A stretch of 64,000 nt of DNA from Tricharina praecox (taxonomy: Eukaryota), in the NCBI RefSeq assembly GCF_024521635.1, contig NW_026250403.1, forward strand, positions 2,232,001 to 2,296,000, read 5' to 3'. Of this stretch, positions 23,098-35,500 are shown piece after piece. Under the pieces are notes generated by a model. It was given only the letters and a program-made list of their open reading frames with translations, ran no database searches and was not told the origin of the DNA. A program made the translations under genes and the position numbers. Position 1 is the stretch's first letter. Each line of letters begins with the position of its first letter.

Positions 23098-25890
23098 CTA
23101 ACTCTTGCCATCAAAGAACCTCGGCGGCAAGCCGACATCCCACGCCGGGCGCTCCACAATGACCATCTCCACCGCCTGCAGGCCCTGCTCGCCCCAGCCC
23201 TCACCCGCCATTTCCACCACCTCGCGCCTACCCACAGGCAAGAACCCCAATAAACTGCGGTATCTATACGAGCCCCAATACGGTTTCTGGCCCTTCTGCT
23301 TCCTGATGGGTTCCGCGGCATCACCCTCATCCTCGTCGTCGTCGCTTTCCATCAGCGCCGCAAACTCATCCTCCTCGTCCTCACTATCCTCCGCCGTCTT
23401 GAACACACCAACGAGCCCCATCGGCTGCGACATGCGGGATCCGGCACCACTGAGACTACCAACAGCGACAGGAGCCACCGCGCCGCCGCCGCCGCGCTTC
23501 CGCTTTCCGTTCCCGTCGGCCGGGATCTGCATAGTGTCGAACGAGAGCTTGTGGTCGGGCCACTGGCGCGAGAAGTCGAACATCCACACCCACGACGCGC
23601 CGAAACACCAGGCGCGCTCGGTACCCTCCCAGAACGCGCCTACCGCGCGGTCGCCAACGGCAGCGAATTCGACCGGGAGACAGTCCGGCATCGGGTTTTG
23701 TTGTGACCACTGAGTCAGACGCCCCGAGGTCGCGGAGAAGAGGTGGATTATGTGTGTGTCCGCGGGGAGGACAAGGAGCTCGGAGTCAGGCGCGGAGTCT
23801 TCGTCTTCGGCATCCTTGGTGGGGGAAGAGGTGATTTGGAGGGTGGTCGGGGCGGGGCGGAAGGAGAGGACTACCGGAGCGGCCGGGAGACGGGGGATGG
23901 AGGTGGCGATACGTGACCAAGTTCCATCTGAGAGGGAGAAGGTTGTAATGTTTCCTGCGAGGTCACCGACAGCGAGGAGACGGGATGTGCTGGAGAAGGC
24001 GGACTTGACAATAGTGTGCATGTACGTAGAGTGGGTGCCTTCGTCCTGTCGCTGCCGGGACCGCTTTTTGTTAGGGGTTTGGGTTCCGCGGGCGGGCTGC
24101 AGTTTCGTAGGAGGGAGTTTACGGTCAAGCTCGTAGACCGGGGAAGATATGCTAATGACTGGCTTTTCTCTTCGGTCAGACGGGATAGAGACCTCGAGAT
24201 TGGCCATGAGTATCCGGGAATTGGGGGTGATGATCAAGAGCCGCTTTCCGTCAGGAGTGAACTGCAAATACCGTGCGCCCTCTTCCGGCAACTCGACCTC
24301 CTCTTCATCGTCAGAGTCTTCACTATCATCCTCCGACTCGACGTTCTTGAGGGGAATTGTAGCTGGAAGGGCGATCCTCTGAACGCGGAGAACTTCTGCG
24401 CCAGGTTGCTTTGGGTTGCGCAGACAGAACAGCTTGACCTCACCGATGGTCGAAACGGCCAGAAGATACCCAGCATTACCGGGCAATGGAACGAGGTCTG
24501 CAGAGGTGATGTACTCTTCGTTCTACAAGATGTTAGCCGAATGAATATCCTCTAAGGGTATATGGAACATACACCGAGAATGATCCGGCTGAGAAGCTTG
24601 CGACCTTGATCTTCGTCGCCCAAGTTCAAGTCCGTAGGCATTACTTCCGACAGTTCTTCGACCTTCCAAATCTTAACTTCGCGTTCCCAGAAACTCATCA
24701 GTATCCGATGGTCGGGAAGAGTTGTGACGATCGGGTTCTGCGGGACCAAAGGAAGGGTGCGATGGTTCTCGGTGGTGAAGCCACGGAAGGGTATGATGAT
24801 CGGGGTCATATCGACACCTTCTCAAATGTCAGCAGATGGTTAAAGATGTCCAGAAATTGAACCTGCCTCCAGATACCACCACGCTAAATGCACCAGATTC
24901 ATACGCAGCCATAGCGCGCACGTCGTGCTTATGGAAACGTCTTCGAGCAACCTCAGCCCAACCACGGCCTTTTCCAACGACTCTAAAGAGTACAGTCTTC
25001 ATATCGGCGCCTCCACTGATCACACTGTCGCCATTTTGACCTCCGACTTCAAGAGTTAAACAATCCGCGTCATGTGCCTTCATCCTCTGCTTCAGTGTGT
25101 AATTTGTGCCGTCCCAGAAGCGTACCTCACCCCTCGAATCACCCGACACAATATCACCATTTGCCGTCACCTTCACTGCCCATACCAACACCTCCTTCCC
25201 CCTCTCTCGGTTCAGCGACATCCTCCCGGTGCTACGTCCAGACCTGATATCCCACACACGGATCTGCGAGTCCGCCATACCAGCAGCAACCGTGTATCTG
25301 TCCTTCCAGACCAGACTCAATACTCGTGACTTCGATGTACCAGCTCTCGTCAAATTCTTGACGAACGCCAACTGGCCCTTACCGCCCGCCGTACTCAACA
25401 GCTTCAGCGTCCCGTCATCAGTACCCACCACAATATTCTGCGCAAGCGCCTCATCGTTGTCCCGCTCGTCCTGGGGCACATCCGCAGCGTTTCTCCGGGG
25501 CTGCGCAGCAATAGACCAGATCGCGCCGCCATTGCAGTCCAGATGTTTCGCTGGCCGTCCAGTCGACAGGTCCCACTCAGTGACAACAGATGAGTATCCG
25601 ATGCTGAGTAGCCGCAGCTGGCCATTCCCGGTAGCGTCGTAGTCCTGAATCCAGACGAGACCCTCGATCGAGCGGTCTTTTCCGCCCTGCAGTGTGGTTT
25701 CGTGATGCCATTTTCCAGAGAGAGGATTCCAGATCTCGATGGAACCGTTGTTGCGGCCGATTGCTACACGCAGGGTTTTGGGCGGAGGAAGAGCGCTGTG
25801 CGCGACTGATGGGTGCGAGAAGGCGATTGAGGTGATGCTACTCGGCGGGTAGTCGACGAAGCGGCAGCGGTGAAGCGAGACGTGGGTCAT
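23098..25890 (-). CDS. UTP4: U3 snoRNA-associated WD40 protein Utp4
   Basis: Exons 25890-24867, 24817-24573, 24522-23098. HRCRFVDYPPSSI, AIGRNNGSIEIWNP, HKHDVRAM and C-terminal MVIVERPAWD. Confidence 0.9.
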
Positions 25891-26357
25891 GACGAGCAGT
25901 GGTAGTGGTGGTAGTGGTAGATTTGTGGCAGGTTCGCTCGCACGGCGTGAATCACCGGCGAATGACCGGTTGGTATTGGGGAAGTATTCGCAGCCGTGGT
26001 GGTTTTTGCGTTTTGCGGGATTGTCGTTGAACGATTTCTGCTGCTTTAAGTTTGCCGCTTTTTCGCTTGGTGGGATGTCGTGGTTGACCGAAGGAAACTT
26101 TTTTTTGATTTGAGCGAGGGTCAGGGTGGCTGGAGAGCTCTAGCGGGGAGGACTGGGATGCGACAGCCTAGTGCGCTGTGGCTGGAGTTCGCGTTGTTGA
26201 TTTACGCGACTGGGCATTCTCATCCATGGCTCATCACCGCCTCGCGTTTCAAACACAACAGAGTACCCAGCTGTCATCATACCACCACTCTACATTCCAA
26301 TCAATACCACGCTATCACTCAACTCTGTCAAGAACCTCAATCGCAGGGTACGAAACC

Positions 26358-26885
26358 ATGGCGTCTCACTTCTTCTCCTTCCCGGCTCCTCTGAGCTCCA
26401 CCAACACGTCAGGTAAACCACAAGAAAAGCGCAAACGCTCCTCGTCAACCGCCTTCTCCGAGTCTACGCACAGTACGCGCGACACCTCTATATCTGGACG
26501 AACGATAAAGCGCACGCGTGCACGGCCCAACGAGGAGCACATACACCAGTACACGCTCCAGAAACTCTTTGCTGCTGCGAAGGTTACGTCTACACCCTCG
26601 GGGAAGCAACTGCAGCCGGTGGTACAGACACAGACACTGCCAACACCGCCGCCGCCGCCGCCGCCACAGCCGAAGGCGGGCTTGTGGTCCTGGCTTCGGT
26701 GGGCGGGCACGGCGGCGCCCACAATTGTGCAGGAGCAGCCGGTGCTGAAGTGTGAAGACTGTGACAGGGGATTGGGACTCCAGGACGAGGAGGAGGCTAG
26801 ATGTGTGGGATGTCACAGAGTAGTGTGTGATTTCGGATGCTCGGCGAGCAATGGCGAAGGGAGAGTCTGCTTGGAGTGTCGTTGA
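26358..26885 (+). CDS. Small hypothetical protein with C-terminal 8-Cys putative zinc finger
   Basis: Intronless ORF from ATG 26358 (ACCATGG context). KRKR NLS-like motif, HQYTLQKLFAAA helix and CEDC...CVGC...VCDFGC...CLEC. Confidence 0.72.
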   Translation: MASHFFSFPAPLSSTNTSGKPQEKRKRSSSTAFSESTHSTRDTSISGRTIKRTRARPNEEHIHQYTLQKLFAAAKVTSTPSGKQLQPVVQTQTLPTPPPPPPPQPKAGLWSWLRWAGTAAPTIVQEQPVLKCEDCDRGLGLQDEEEARCVGCHRVVCDFGCSASNGEGRVCLECR

Positions 26886-27065
26886 TGGGCGGAGCTGCGG
26901 TCTGTGGATGACATGTTTTTCTGGAGTGTAGGTTTCCTTTGTCTGGGATACCCAGGACTTCTTGAGCGGTGTTTTGTAAATTGACATTTTCTTCTTTGGC
27001 TTTGCCTGTTATGTTCTGTACACACTATTCGTCGGCTCGAATATGCATCTTATCTCTCTCCTCCC

Positions 27066-28042
27066 TCACCATTCCAGATTGTACCCCAACTCTTGGCCCC
27101 CCGTCTCATCCCTCAACCTGACCAGATTCTGCATCATCCCCTCCAGCCTTCCCTCAAATCTCACATCTCTGACCCACTCCATATCATGTTGCAATATATT
27201 CCTCGCCCTCTCCACCCCCGCCTCAACAGTGCCCATACTCGCATGCAATGTCTGCCTCACCGGTTCCGTAGGATAAACCGCGCGATGCAGGATATTATTG
27301 TCATAAAACACCGTATCACTCGTCTTGAGATGGACCACAATCTCCCCTTCCAGCTTGGCTCTTGGATCCTCCGCCATCGTCCGTTGTTCCTCGTCAGTCC
27401 GCGGACGTCGGTGACTACCGGGTACAACTAGGAGACACGAGTCATCATACAGCGCGGTGTTCCACTGTGTCCCATACCTCGGCGCCTTCAGTAGCCGGAT
27501 CTCGACCTCCGTCGACGCCTCGGGCGGAATAGAGTCGCGGTGCCACGCGAGTGAGAACGCTGTTTTGGTCGGGTTGACAAGGAGGTTGAAGAGTTCTTTC
27601 ATCCCGCATGAGCACACCACATCCGACATAACGATCAAAGAGATGGTAGGTATACCAAGCTGCAGCTCCTTAGCACCACACCCCAGGATGGTGGTCACGG
27701 CGTCTAGCACCGGCTGAGAGCCGTACCACTCCGCAAATACTCGCTCGCCCAGGTCGGGGTGCATTATGTGTTGCACGCCCCATACGTCCTCCCGTACGTC
27801 CTTTGGCCAAGGCGGAAACTGTTTTCCTACCACCCGTCTGCACCATAATCAGTATACCTACCGCCTCCCACGTCGGCGGAGACGTACACATGTGGCCACC
27901 CGGCATCACTTTCATCGCGAGCCCTGGCAATGACACGTGAGGAAGCCTCGCGGAGAGGACCGAGGAGGGGAGGCGGGATGAGGTCCGGGATGATCACGTA
28001 GCCGTAAGTTTCAAGGGAGCCGAGAATCTCGTCGGGCGTCAT
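27066..28042 (-). CDS. Phytanoyl-CoA dioxygenase (PhyH)-family Fe(II)/2OG oxygenase
   Basis: Exons 28042-27888, 27837-27656, 27595-27066. GYVIIPD, WHRD, VVPGSH and ILHRA metal-binding motifs. Confidence 0.85.
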
Positions 28043-29060
28043 TGCGATGAGTTGCGAGTGAATGGTGGGGAGATGAGGGGCATACAGAATGATATACTAT
28101 CATGATCCTGGCCCCATTGCTGGAAGGGGAAGCTGGAGTTGCCTCTCCTTCGGACTCCGGGGTGTCCCATTCACCTGGGTGGTGGGATCAGCTTAAGCTT
28201 CATATCCCACGGTCACATCATCCATTGGCTTCAACATACTATCCAATCGACAGGTGGAAACTAAGATGACACCCGTCTTGTTCCAGATGCAATCCACGCA
28301 GAATCCCGGGGTGTCCAGTTGCGGCTCTGATCGCAACAGCATTGATCTATGGCTGCAGAATAGGACCCTGGACTACCTACCTACAAATACCGCTCCCGGT
28401 GCTGTCATAAGACAGGCGTGGATTGAACGGTGAACGGTGAAGTGGAGTTAGCCTACGAAGTACCCCGCTCTGGACCTCTGGTTGTCTGTTAGTGGCTGTG
28501 AATCCCCAGGAGTCAGGGTTGCAGGACGCCAGTGCGAAACAAACAGACGTTTCGCGGGCCGCATGGGGAAGGCTTATCTCGCACCAGGATTTTAATTTTT
28601 TGTTCCTTCGTTAATCGCATGCAGCCTATTTGGAGTAGGCTATGGCTATACACACTGGTCACGGCGCCAGGGTTATTGTCAACGTGCTCGGACGCTGCAG
28701 AACTTTTGATTGCGAGTGACACCTTGTGAAAGCCATAACTCTGAAATTTTACCCATGAGACAACAGTAGAAGAAACGTAACAGATCGCATAAACAGACAA
28801 GAGAGTAAAAAGAACACCCATCCCACTCCAGATCATCGGCCAACGAATAGACATCTCCAACAAATGCGTGTATGAGTAAGGAGCGGGTATTGTTGTCGAA
28901 TGATGAAAGAAAAATCACCTCTGCCCCCACTCTCACCCAGCTGGTGGCTTTATGTACAATTACATCGTTCTTTGCACCCACCCACCCAAACGTTCAGTCA
29001 TGATGTCACAACCTAAGTCCCGTTTCGAATGTGTAACATCGTCAATTACTCTCGCACCCT

Positions 29061-30244
29061 TTACGATTGTGAGCGGATGTAGGTTCCAACCACAATACAA
29101 TGGTCACGCTCGAAAGGTTCTGTAAAATCATGTTAGAAGTCTGCAAGCAACATAAAGGGGATAACGTGACATACCCAGGGTCAGCTGTTCGCTGGGCTTG
29201 ATCCTCTCATCCCTCATCTTCTTGACCTCACTCACGAACACGGCCTCGGCAGGGGCAGTAGAATCGATACAGTTGGCCTTGATGGAGACCAGAACACCAC
29301 CCTTGTCCTTCAGGAAGAGATGGCAGTTCAGTCCGACAATACGTGCCTGATCGGGCTGGGCCACATCGGCGAAAACAACATCGACCATACCAACGAGCAT
29401 GCGGTACTTCATGGGGTGACGGGCATCCTCAATGATGGGGATGACGTTCGTCCGCTTCTTGGCCATGTTGATCAGGTCGCGTCCTGAGCGGTGCGAGAAC
29501 TCGACGGCGTAGACCTGTCCGGTGGGACCGACGATGTCGGCAACGTGAGAGACCGAAGTACCAGAGGCGGCACCGAGGTACAGGACCTTCGCTCCGGGCT
29601 TGATGAAGATGTTGTCCAGACCACCAAGGATACCGGCGGCGATCTTGGAACGGAAAGGGTTCCAGACACGGTACTCAATCTTGGTTGCGACGGGCTGGCC
29701 GTTCTCGTCCGTGCCGGATGCAGGAGAGTCGACAGCAATGCGCTTCTCGCCGTAGACCGACTCGCCGGGGGTCAAGTTGCGGGTCACCAACATGTCCTCC
29801 TTGGCGCGGGCAACGAACACTCCCTCGTGACGATGCTTCTCAACAAGGGTCTTCGCACCTCCCCTCGCACCGCCCCGGGGAGCGCCGCGTCCTCCACGGG
29901 CACCGCCACGAGGGCCACCACGAGCGCCGCCGCGTCCTCCACCTTCAAGATGTTAGCCATTTATTCCACTATCATCGCTTCTGTCCAAGGCCCTCAATCA
30001 CTTTGAGGTCAAGAATACGAGCGCCTGCGCATCTGCGCAAGAGAGCGATCGCAAACTGTGAAAACCAGACAAAGTTTGAGGGCTCAATTGAGCAGCGCAG
30101 GGTTAACAACTAACCACGTCCACCACGATCACCACCTCTTGGTGTGAAGCCACCACGGCCGCCCCTCGGTGTGAAGCCGCCACGTCCGCCACGGTCACCT
30201 CCACCACGTCCACCTCTGGGAGCACCTCTGGGAGTAAAAGCCAT
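29061..30244 (-). CDS. NOP1: Fibrillarin, rRNA 2'-O-methyltransferase
   Basis: Exons 30244-30115, 29942-29175, 29119-29061. RGG/GAR N-terminus, [20 protein letters not shown] and EPFERDH. Confidence 0.97.
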
Positions 30245-30712
30245 TGTTTCGACCTAACGTAAGATCAATGACCAGGCTGTTGACGATTGGGTTTGCGAGG
30301 GCGGATAAGGCAGTGAAGTTGAGTTGCCTTGGGATTGTTGTTGTCGTTGGTGTCCTGGTGGGAAGGAAGAGATGGCTGGCTCAATTTCTTTCGTTGCCTG
30401 TCGCTAACTTTTTTTCCAGGCAGAGATTTCGGCATTGCAGGGTAACTGACTATCTTTGGAGGGCGGGACCAAGATGAGCGTAGCGCGGGGTAAGCTGGCT
30501 TGGCAGCACTTTTCACATTACCCTAAGCCCTCGGTAAATGCTGAAAGAGCAGTCTTGGTCGTAACCCCACAACCCACACACAACGAGCGAGCGTGGGATT
30601 CTGGATTCGCACAAGCGAAAATTCACCCGGCAAATCCAGTGACGACCGACGACCGACTACTAACGACCGCCTCAGAACCCCAGCAAATCCATCGCCGACA
30701 ACATCCTACACG
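30245..30712. promoter_or_regulatory. Compact bidirectional promoter region between NOP1 and RPL17
   Basis: Divergent ATGs are 468 bp apart. ACCCTAA (reverse TTAGGGT, Tbf1-like) at 30520-30526. Confidence 0.6.
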
Positions 30713-31692
30713 ATGGTCAGTTTTACCTCTCTCCCCGCTGTCGCTCGCTCGGCCGCCCGACGATGATCGAATTCTGTATTTCACGGCTCTCAAATCTCGA
30801 GGTTTCCGACTCGGAGCTCCAGCGAACACGAAATATCGAGATTGGGGAGCTGTGGGAGAGATGGATCTATCGATTGGCGGATGGGGAGAATCGCGACCAA
30901 GCTTCATGGAATCGAATTGGAGCCGTGGATGTGGAACATGGGCGCTGATGTGCGGTTTCTTTACGATAGGTCCGTTACGCCGCCAATGCCAGCAACGAGG
31001 CCAAATCGGCCAAGAGCCGTGGTTCTTTCCTCCGTGTCTCCTTCAAGAACACCCGCGAGGCTGCTCAGGCCGTCTCTGGCATGAAGCTCAACCGCGCCAT
31101 CACTTTCCTCGACAACGTCAAGGAGCACAAGGAGGCCGTTCCCATGAGGAGGTACGCTGGTGGAACTGGACGGACCGCGCAGGGTACGTTTGAACCCCGG
31201 AGGAATCGTGGAATGGGTGGAGGGAGTGGCGGACGCTTGGGTGGATAGGGGGGCAGACGATAAGGGTGGTTGATGCTGATGGGGATTGGCTCTGCAGGAA
31301 AGCACTTCGGTGTTACCCGTGCCCGTTGGCCCATCAAGTCGGCTGAGTTCTTGCTCGGTCTCCTCAAGAACGCTGAGGCCAATGCCGAAGTCAAGGGTCT
31401 CGACTGCTCCAACCTCGTTGTTTCCCACATCCAGGTCAACCAGGCTCCCAAGCAGAGGCGACGAACCTACCGTGCCCACGGTCGTGTATGTTCCACCGAT
31501 TCGCCTTCTCCCTCCGCTCTGTACTAACAGCCACAGATCAACCCCTACATGTCGAACCCTTGCCACATCGAGGTCATCGTGTCGGAGTCCGATGAGACTG
31601 TCAAGAAGGCCACCGACGAGAAGAAGCACCCCATCACCACTAGACAGCGCGCCAGGATCTTGAACCAGCAGAGGACCATCACTGCTGCGTAA
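30713..31692 (+). CDS. RPL17: 60S ribosomal protein L17 (uL22)
   Basis: Exons 30713-30715 (ATG only), 30970-31183, 31298-31485, 31537-31692. [16 protein letters not shown] and [22 protein letters not shown]. Confidence 0.97.
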
Positions 31693-32261
31693 GCGTGTTG
31701 GAATCGTTGATAAAAAAGTAAATGGCTGCGGCGCACATGGGGAAATAGATACAAATCACAATCTGTTTCCTCAACTCTTTTTTCTGTACTCGAACAATGG
31801 ATTCAAACGGGGTTTTCTGGGGCACAAGTTTTTCTTCTCTTCTTTCTCTGTTGCGTGGTTTTATCTCGGTCCAAATTTCAACTAGGGAGTTTCGGATTGC
31901 GTACAATTGTGGTTCCCCTAGGTATTCGAGGTAGATGCATGGATGGAAGAGCATCGGACATCCGAAGCGATCGCCTTCACAGTGATCCTCGTTTTAATGA
32001 TGCTTTTGCTGGATATCCGTCGGGAGAGGATGGTATGAAGATACTCTGCCGCGTGAGATGTTACCCATGTCTGTAAAGCAGGTACATATAGCCATAAGCA
32101 CGGGTACTTACTTGTCTAAGTACTAGGACTTCATAAGCATTTGGCGACATACTCCCGTGACAGACACTCGTCACACGACAAGAAGTGTCTTGATTAACCA
32201 TTCCCGATCCACCTGCACCGTCACATGTCTAAAGTCCAAAACAGCGCCCACAACAGCGCCC

Positions 32262-32304
32262 GCGATTCTCATGATGGGTTGGCGATTCTCATGATAGGTT
32301 GGCG
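32262..32304. repeat. 20-nt tandem duplication GCGATTCTCATGAT(G/A)GGTTG upstream of the OSH gene
   Basis: Two full copies plus a partial third, preceded by a duplicated AACAGCGCCC. Confidence 0.85.
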
Positions 32305-32566
32305 AAGTGCCTGGGCGCAACGCCATCTATCGGCGCTACCGGAATAGAGTAAGGCAGGTAATAGGGTACCGCAGTAACTACTGAGAAGCAAGCTGGCTGG
32401 CTAACTGCCACCCTCCATCCCAAGACCCCACCAAGAGAAAGAGAGATAGATCTCTATCTCCCCTACACACCCATATCCTCAATATTCCCAGTATCCAACT
32501 TTACGCCCAGTTCTAGTTCTCAGTACAGCAAAAAGGTTCCCGTTTATCCTCGTTTCCGAACACAAA

Positions 32567-35500
32567 ATGGCAGACTCACCACCATCTGTCGGGTATTCTG
32601 ACCCCTCCCTTCCTCCCTTAACGAAGGGCTAACCTTACCTTCTTCTCACACGAAGTGATGGCAGCAGCCCCAAACATAAACATCAAAAGGATGGTAAACA
32701 TAGTCGTTCCAAGTCCGCCATGGTCAGCTCGTTGCTTTCCGTGGGCTCCTCGTCGAAATCATCCTCCGGGTCACGAATACACTCTCGATCAAACTCCGTC
32801 GCCCCTTCTTCTACCTCGTCGCAGCAACAGCTTAACGACCCTACCGCCATCACCGCTTCGAGTTCGACAGTGAATATCAAGCCGCCGTCCCGTGCTAGTA
32901 CCATCAGTAGCACCCTACTGCCCATGATCGACGGCAACGAGAGTGGGGGTAGCTCGCTTACCGGGTCCGGCGTTCTTGTCGGCGGCGGCGTAGGTGCGGC
33001 GAAGACGGTTGAGGAAACAGTGCGGACGTTCCGGTTGTATGAAGCGCTGCGAAATGGCGATACCACTGCGATACTGAAGGCCATACGGGACAACACCGTG
33101 GATGATCCCAACCGGCGGACCTCCATGAGCTCGTTGTCCGGTGGCGGGGGAGTGGACGTCAACAAGTCCTCAATCTTACACCTGGCGGTACAGTGCGCCG
33201 AGTTGCCCGTTATCGAGTATATACTTTCGACTACGACTTCGCACCCCGAAGGTTCTGGCGCTCCCCTGCACAAGCCGTACCTGGACATCAACGGACGAGA
33301 CCTGACAAATGGCAACACGCCTCTCCACATCGCGGCACAGCTGGGACGGGCCGAGGTCGTAACCCTCCTCCTCAGACAACCCGACATCAATGACTCTGTT
33401 CACAACTACGCGAACCGTACTCCCTTGGAGATGGCGCGCAACCCGCAGATACATCAGATGCTACAACTGGCACGGAGTATGTACCTCGAGGACAAGATCG
33501 ACACACTACACAACCTCATGAACACGCAGCAATACGAGCAGCTCCAGGAACTCCTAGATAACCCCCGCGTTCGGGGGCTACTGGATCTCAATACCCTCGA
33601 GCCGCCGGATGCTCATGGCTCCACGCTGCTGCACGAGGCGGCGAAGAGGAAGGATACAAAGCTTATCCAGCTGCTATTAATGCACGGCGCTGACCCGTTC
33701 CGAAGGGACCACAAGGGTAAGCTACCGCAAGATGTCACAAAAGATGAGAAAACTCGCGGGATCCTTAAGAAAAGTCCTGCGGCGGTTGCGGCGGCAAGGG
33801 GGATTGAGGAGAGGGCTGTGCTTGGTTCTGCAGCGGAACATGCGCCGCCCGGACATCAGGGTGGTGCTGGTGGGGAGGGAACACTGGGGAGTAAGGAGAC
33901 GAGGGAGATGAAAGGGTACCTGAAAAAGTGGACGAACTATACCGGCGGTTACAAGTTGCGGTGGTTCGTGCTCGAGGATGGCGTTTTGAGTTATTACAAG
34001 AATCAGGGTATTTTTTCACGAATTCGGTGATGGTGTCGTGCTAATGGGACATAGAGGACATTGGTTCGGCATGTCGGGGCGCCATCAACATGCGGATAGC
34101 GAAGCTCCACATCGATCCGCAGGACAAACAGCGTTTCGAAATTCACGGAAAAGGCAGTGTTAAGTACCACCTGAAGGCGAATCACATCGTCGAGGCAAAA
34201 CGGTGGTACTGGACTCTCAACAACGCTATCCAGCAAGCCAAAGACGAAGCTCGACTGGAGGAGCGGCGAAAGCGCCAGGAGAACGAAGTGATGGACAGAC
34301 TCAGAGAGCAAGTACATGCAGAAGAATCAGCAGCAGAGAGCGATGCTGTTAGCGGCGCAGAACGCGGACGGCAAGGAAGCATTGCAGCGTCTGAGCATCT
34401 CCCCGCTCCGGTCAGTAAGCGTGTCAGTGTTAGGCAGAGCGCACGGGCAAGTGTTCGCGCGAGTAGCGGCGCATATGCCGGATTTAGCGATAATTACCAG
34501 TCCGATGCCGGTCCATATCCTCCCAGGTCTTACTCGGCACATACAGATGGCGATCTGGGCGACGACGAGGAGGATGCGAACGACGTCAACGACGATTCGT
34601 CGTCTCACGGCCCCGCTGATCCACCAACTACGGACGCCTTGAACCTTGCTGCGAATTCTGCCAGGTTGCAGCTTGACCTATTGTCGCAGGTCGCTTTGGC
34701 ATTACAATTCGAACACGCGAATAATCCCGACCTTAAGCTTGGCGACTCGTCTTGTATTGCTGCAATGGCAAGCTACGAATCCGCCGTTGACAGTTTGAAG
34801 CAGCTTATTGGAGATCTGCTGAGCATGAGTAAAGAGCGGGATGCCTATTGGCGATACCGGATGGAGAAGGAGGTGTCATTGCGCCGGCTGTGGGAGGAAA
34901 ACATGACCAAGTTGGCGGAGGAGCAGGAGGCACTCGAGGGCCAAGTTGTGGGTGAGCGCGAGCGAAGAAAGAAGACGAAGCGGGCGCTCAAGCGGGTACT
35001 GCGGAAGGATAGCGGGAGGACAACCGGACACGGTGGTGCGGTTATCCATGACATCGAGGAAGGCGGTGTTGAAACGCTTGACGAGAAGCTGCAGCGGCTA
35101 AAGCTTGACCGTCAAGGTTCCGCGAGGAGAATCGAGGAATCCTCCGACGATGCGTTGAGTGAGAGCGATGAGGACGATCAATTCTTCGATGCGATAGATT
35201 CCGGGGAGATGGAGGTGTTCTCGGAGATGCCATCCAATGTGCCAGCCAGGGGTGATGGCGAGCTCGAGGAGGAGGAGGAGGAAATCGGGGAGGTTGAGGA
35301 CGTCGGCGGAGATCCGCGAAAGATGAAGCTGGTTGCCGTCAAGAGGAGCTATGTCGGTTATGAAGATCCACCGCGTCAGAAACTGTCCATGGACGCCGAT
35401 GATAGACCCAAGATCTCTCTCTGGGTGAGAATCCTCTCTTCGGTGCAAATTGACTATCAAAGGCTGATATTCTCCAGGGTATTTTGAAATCAATGATTGG

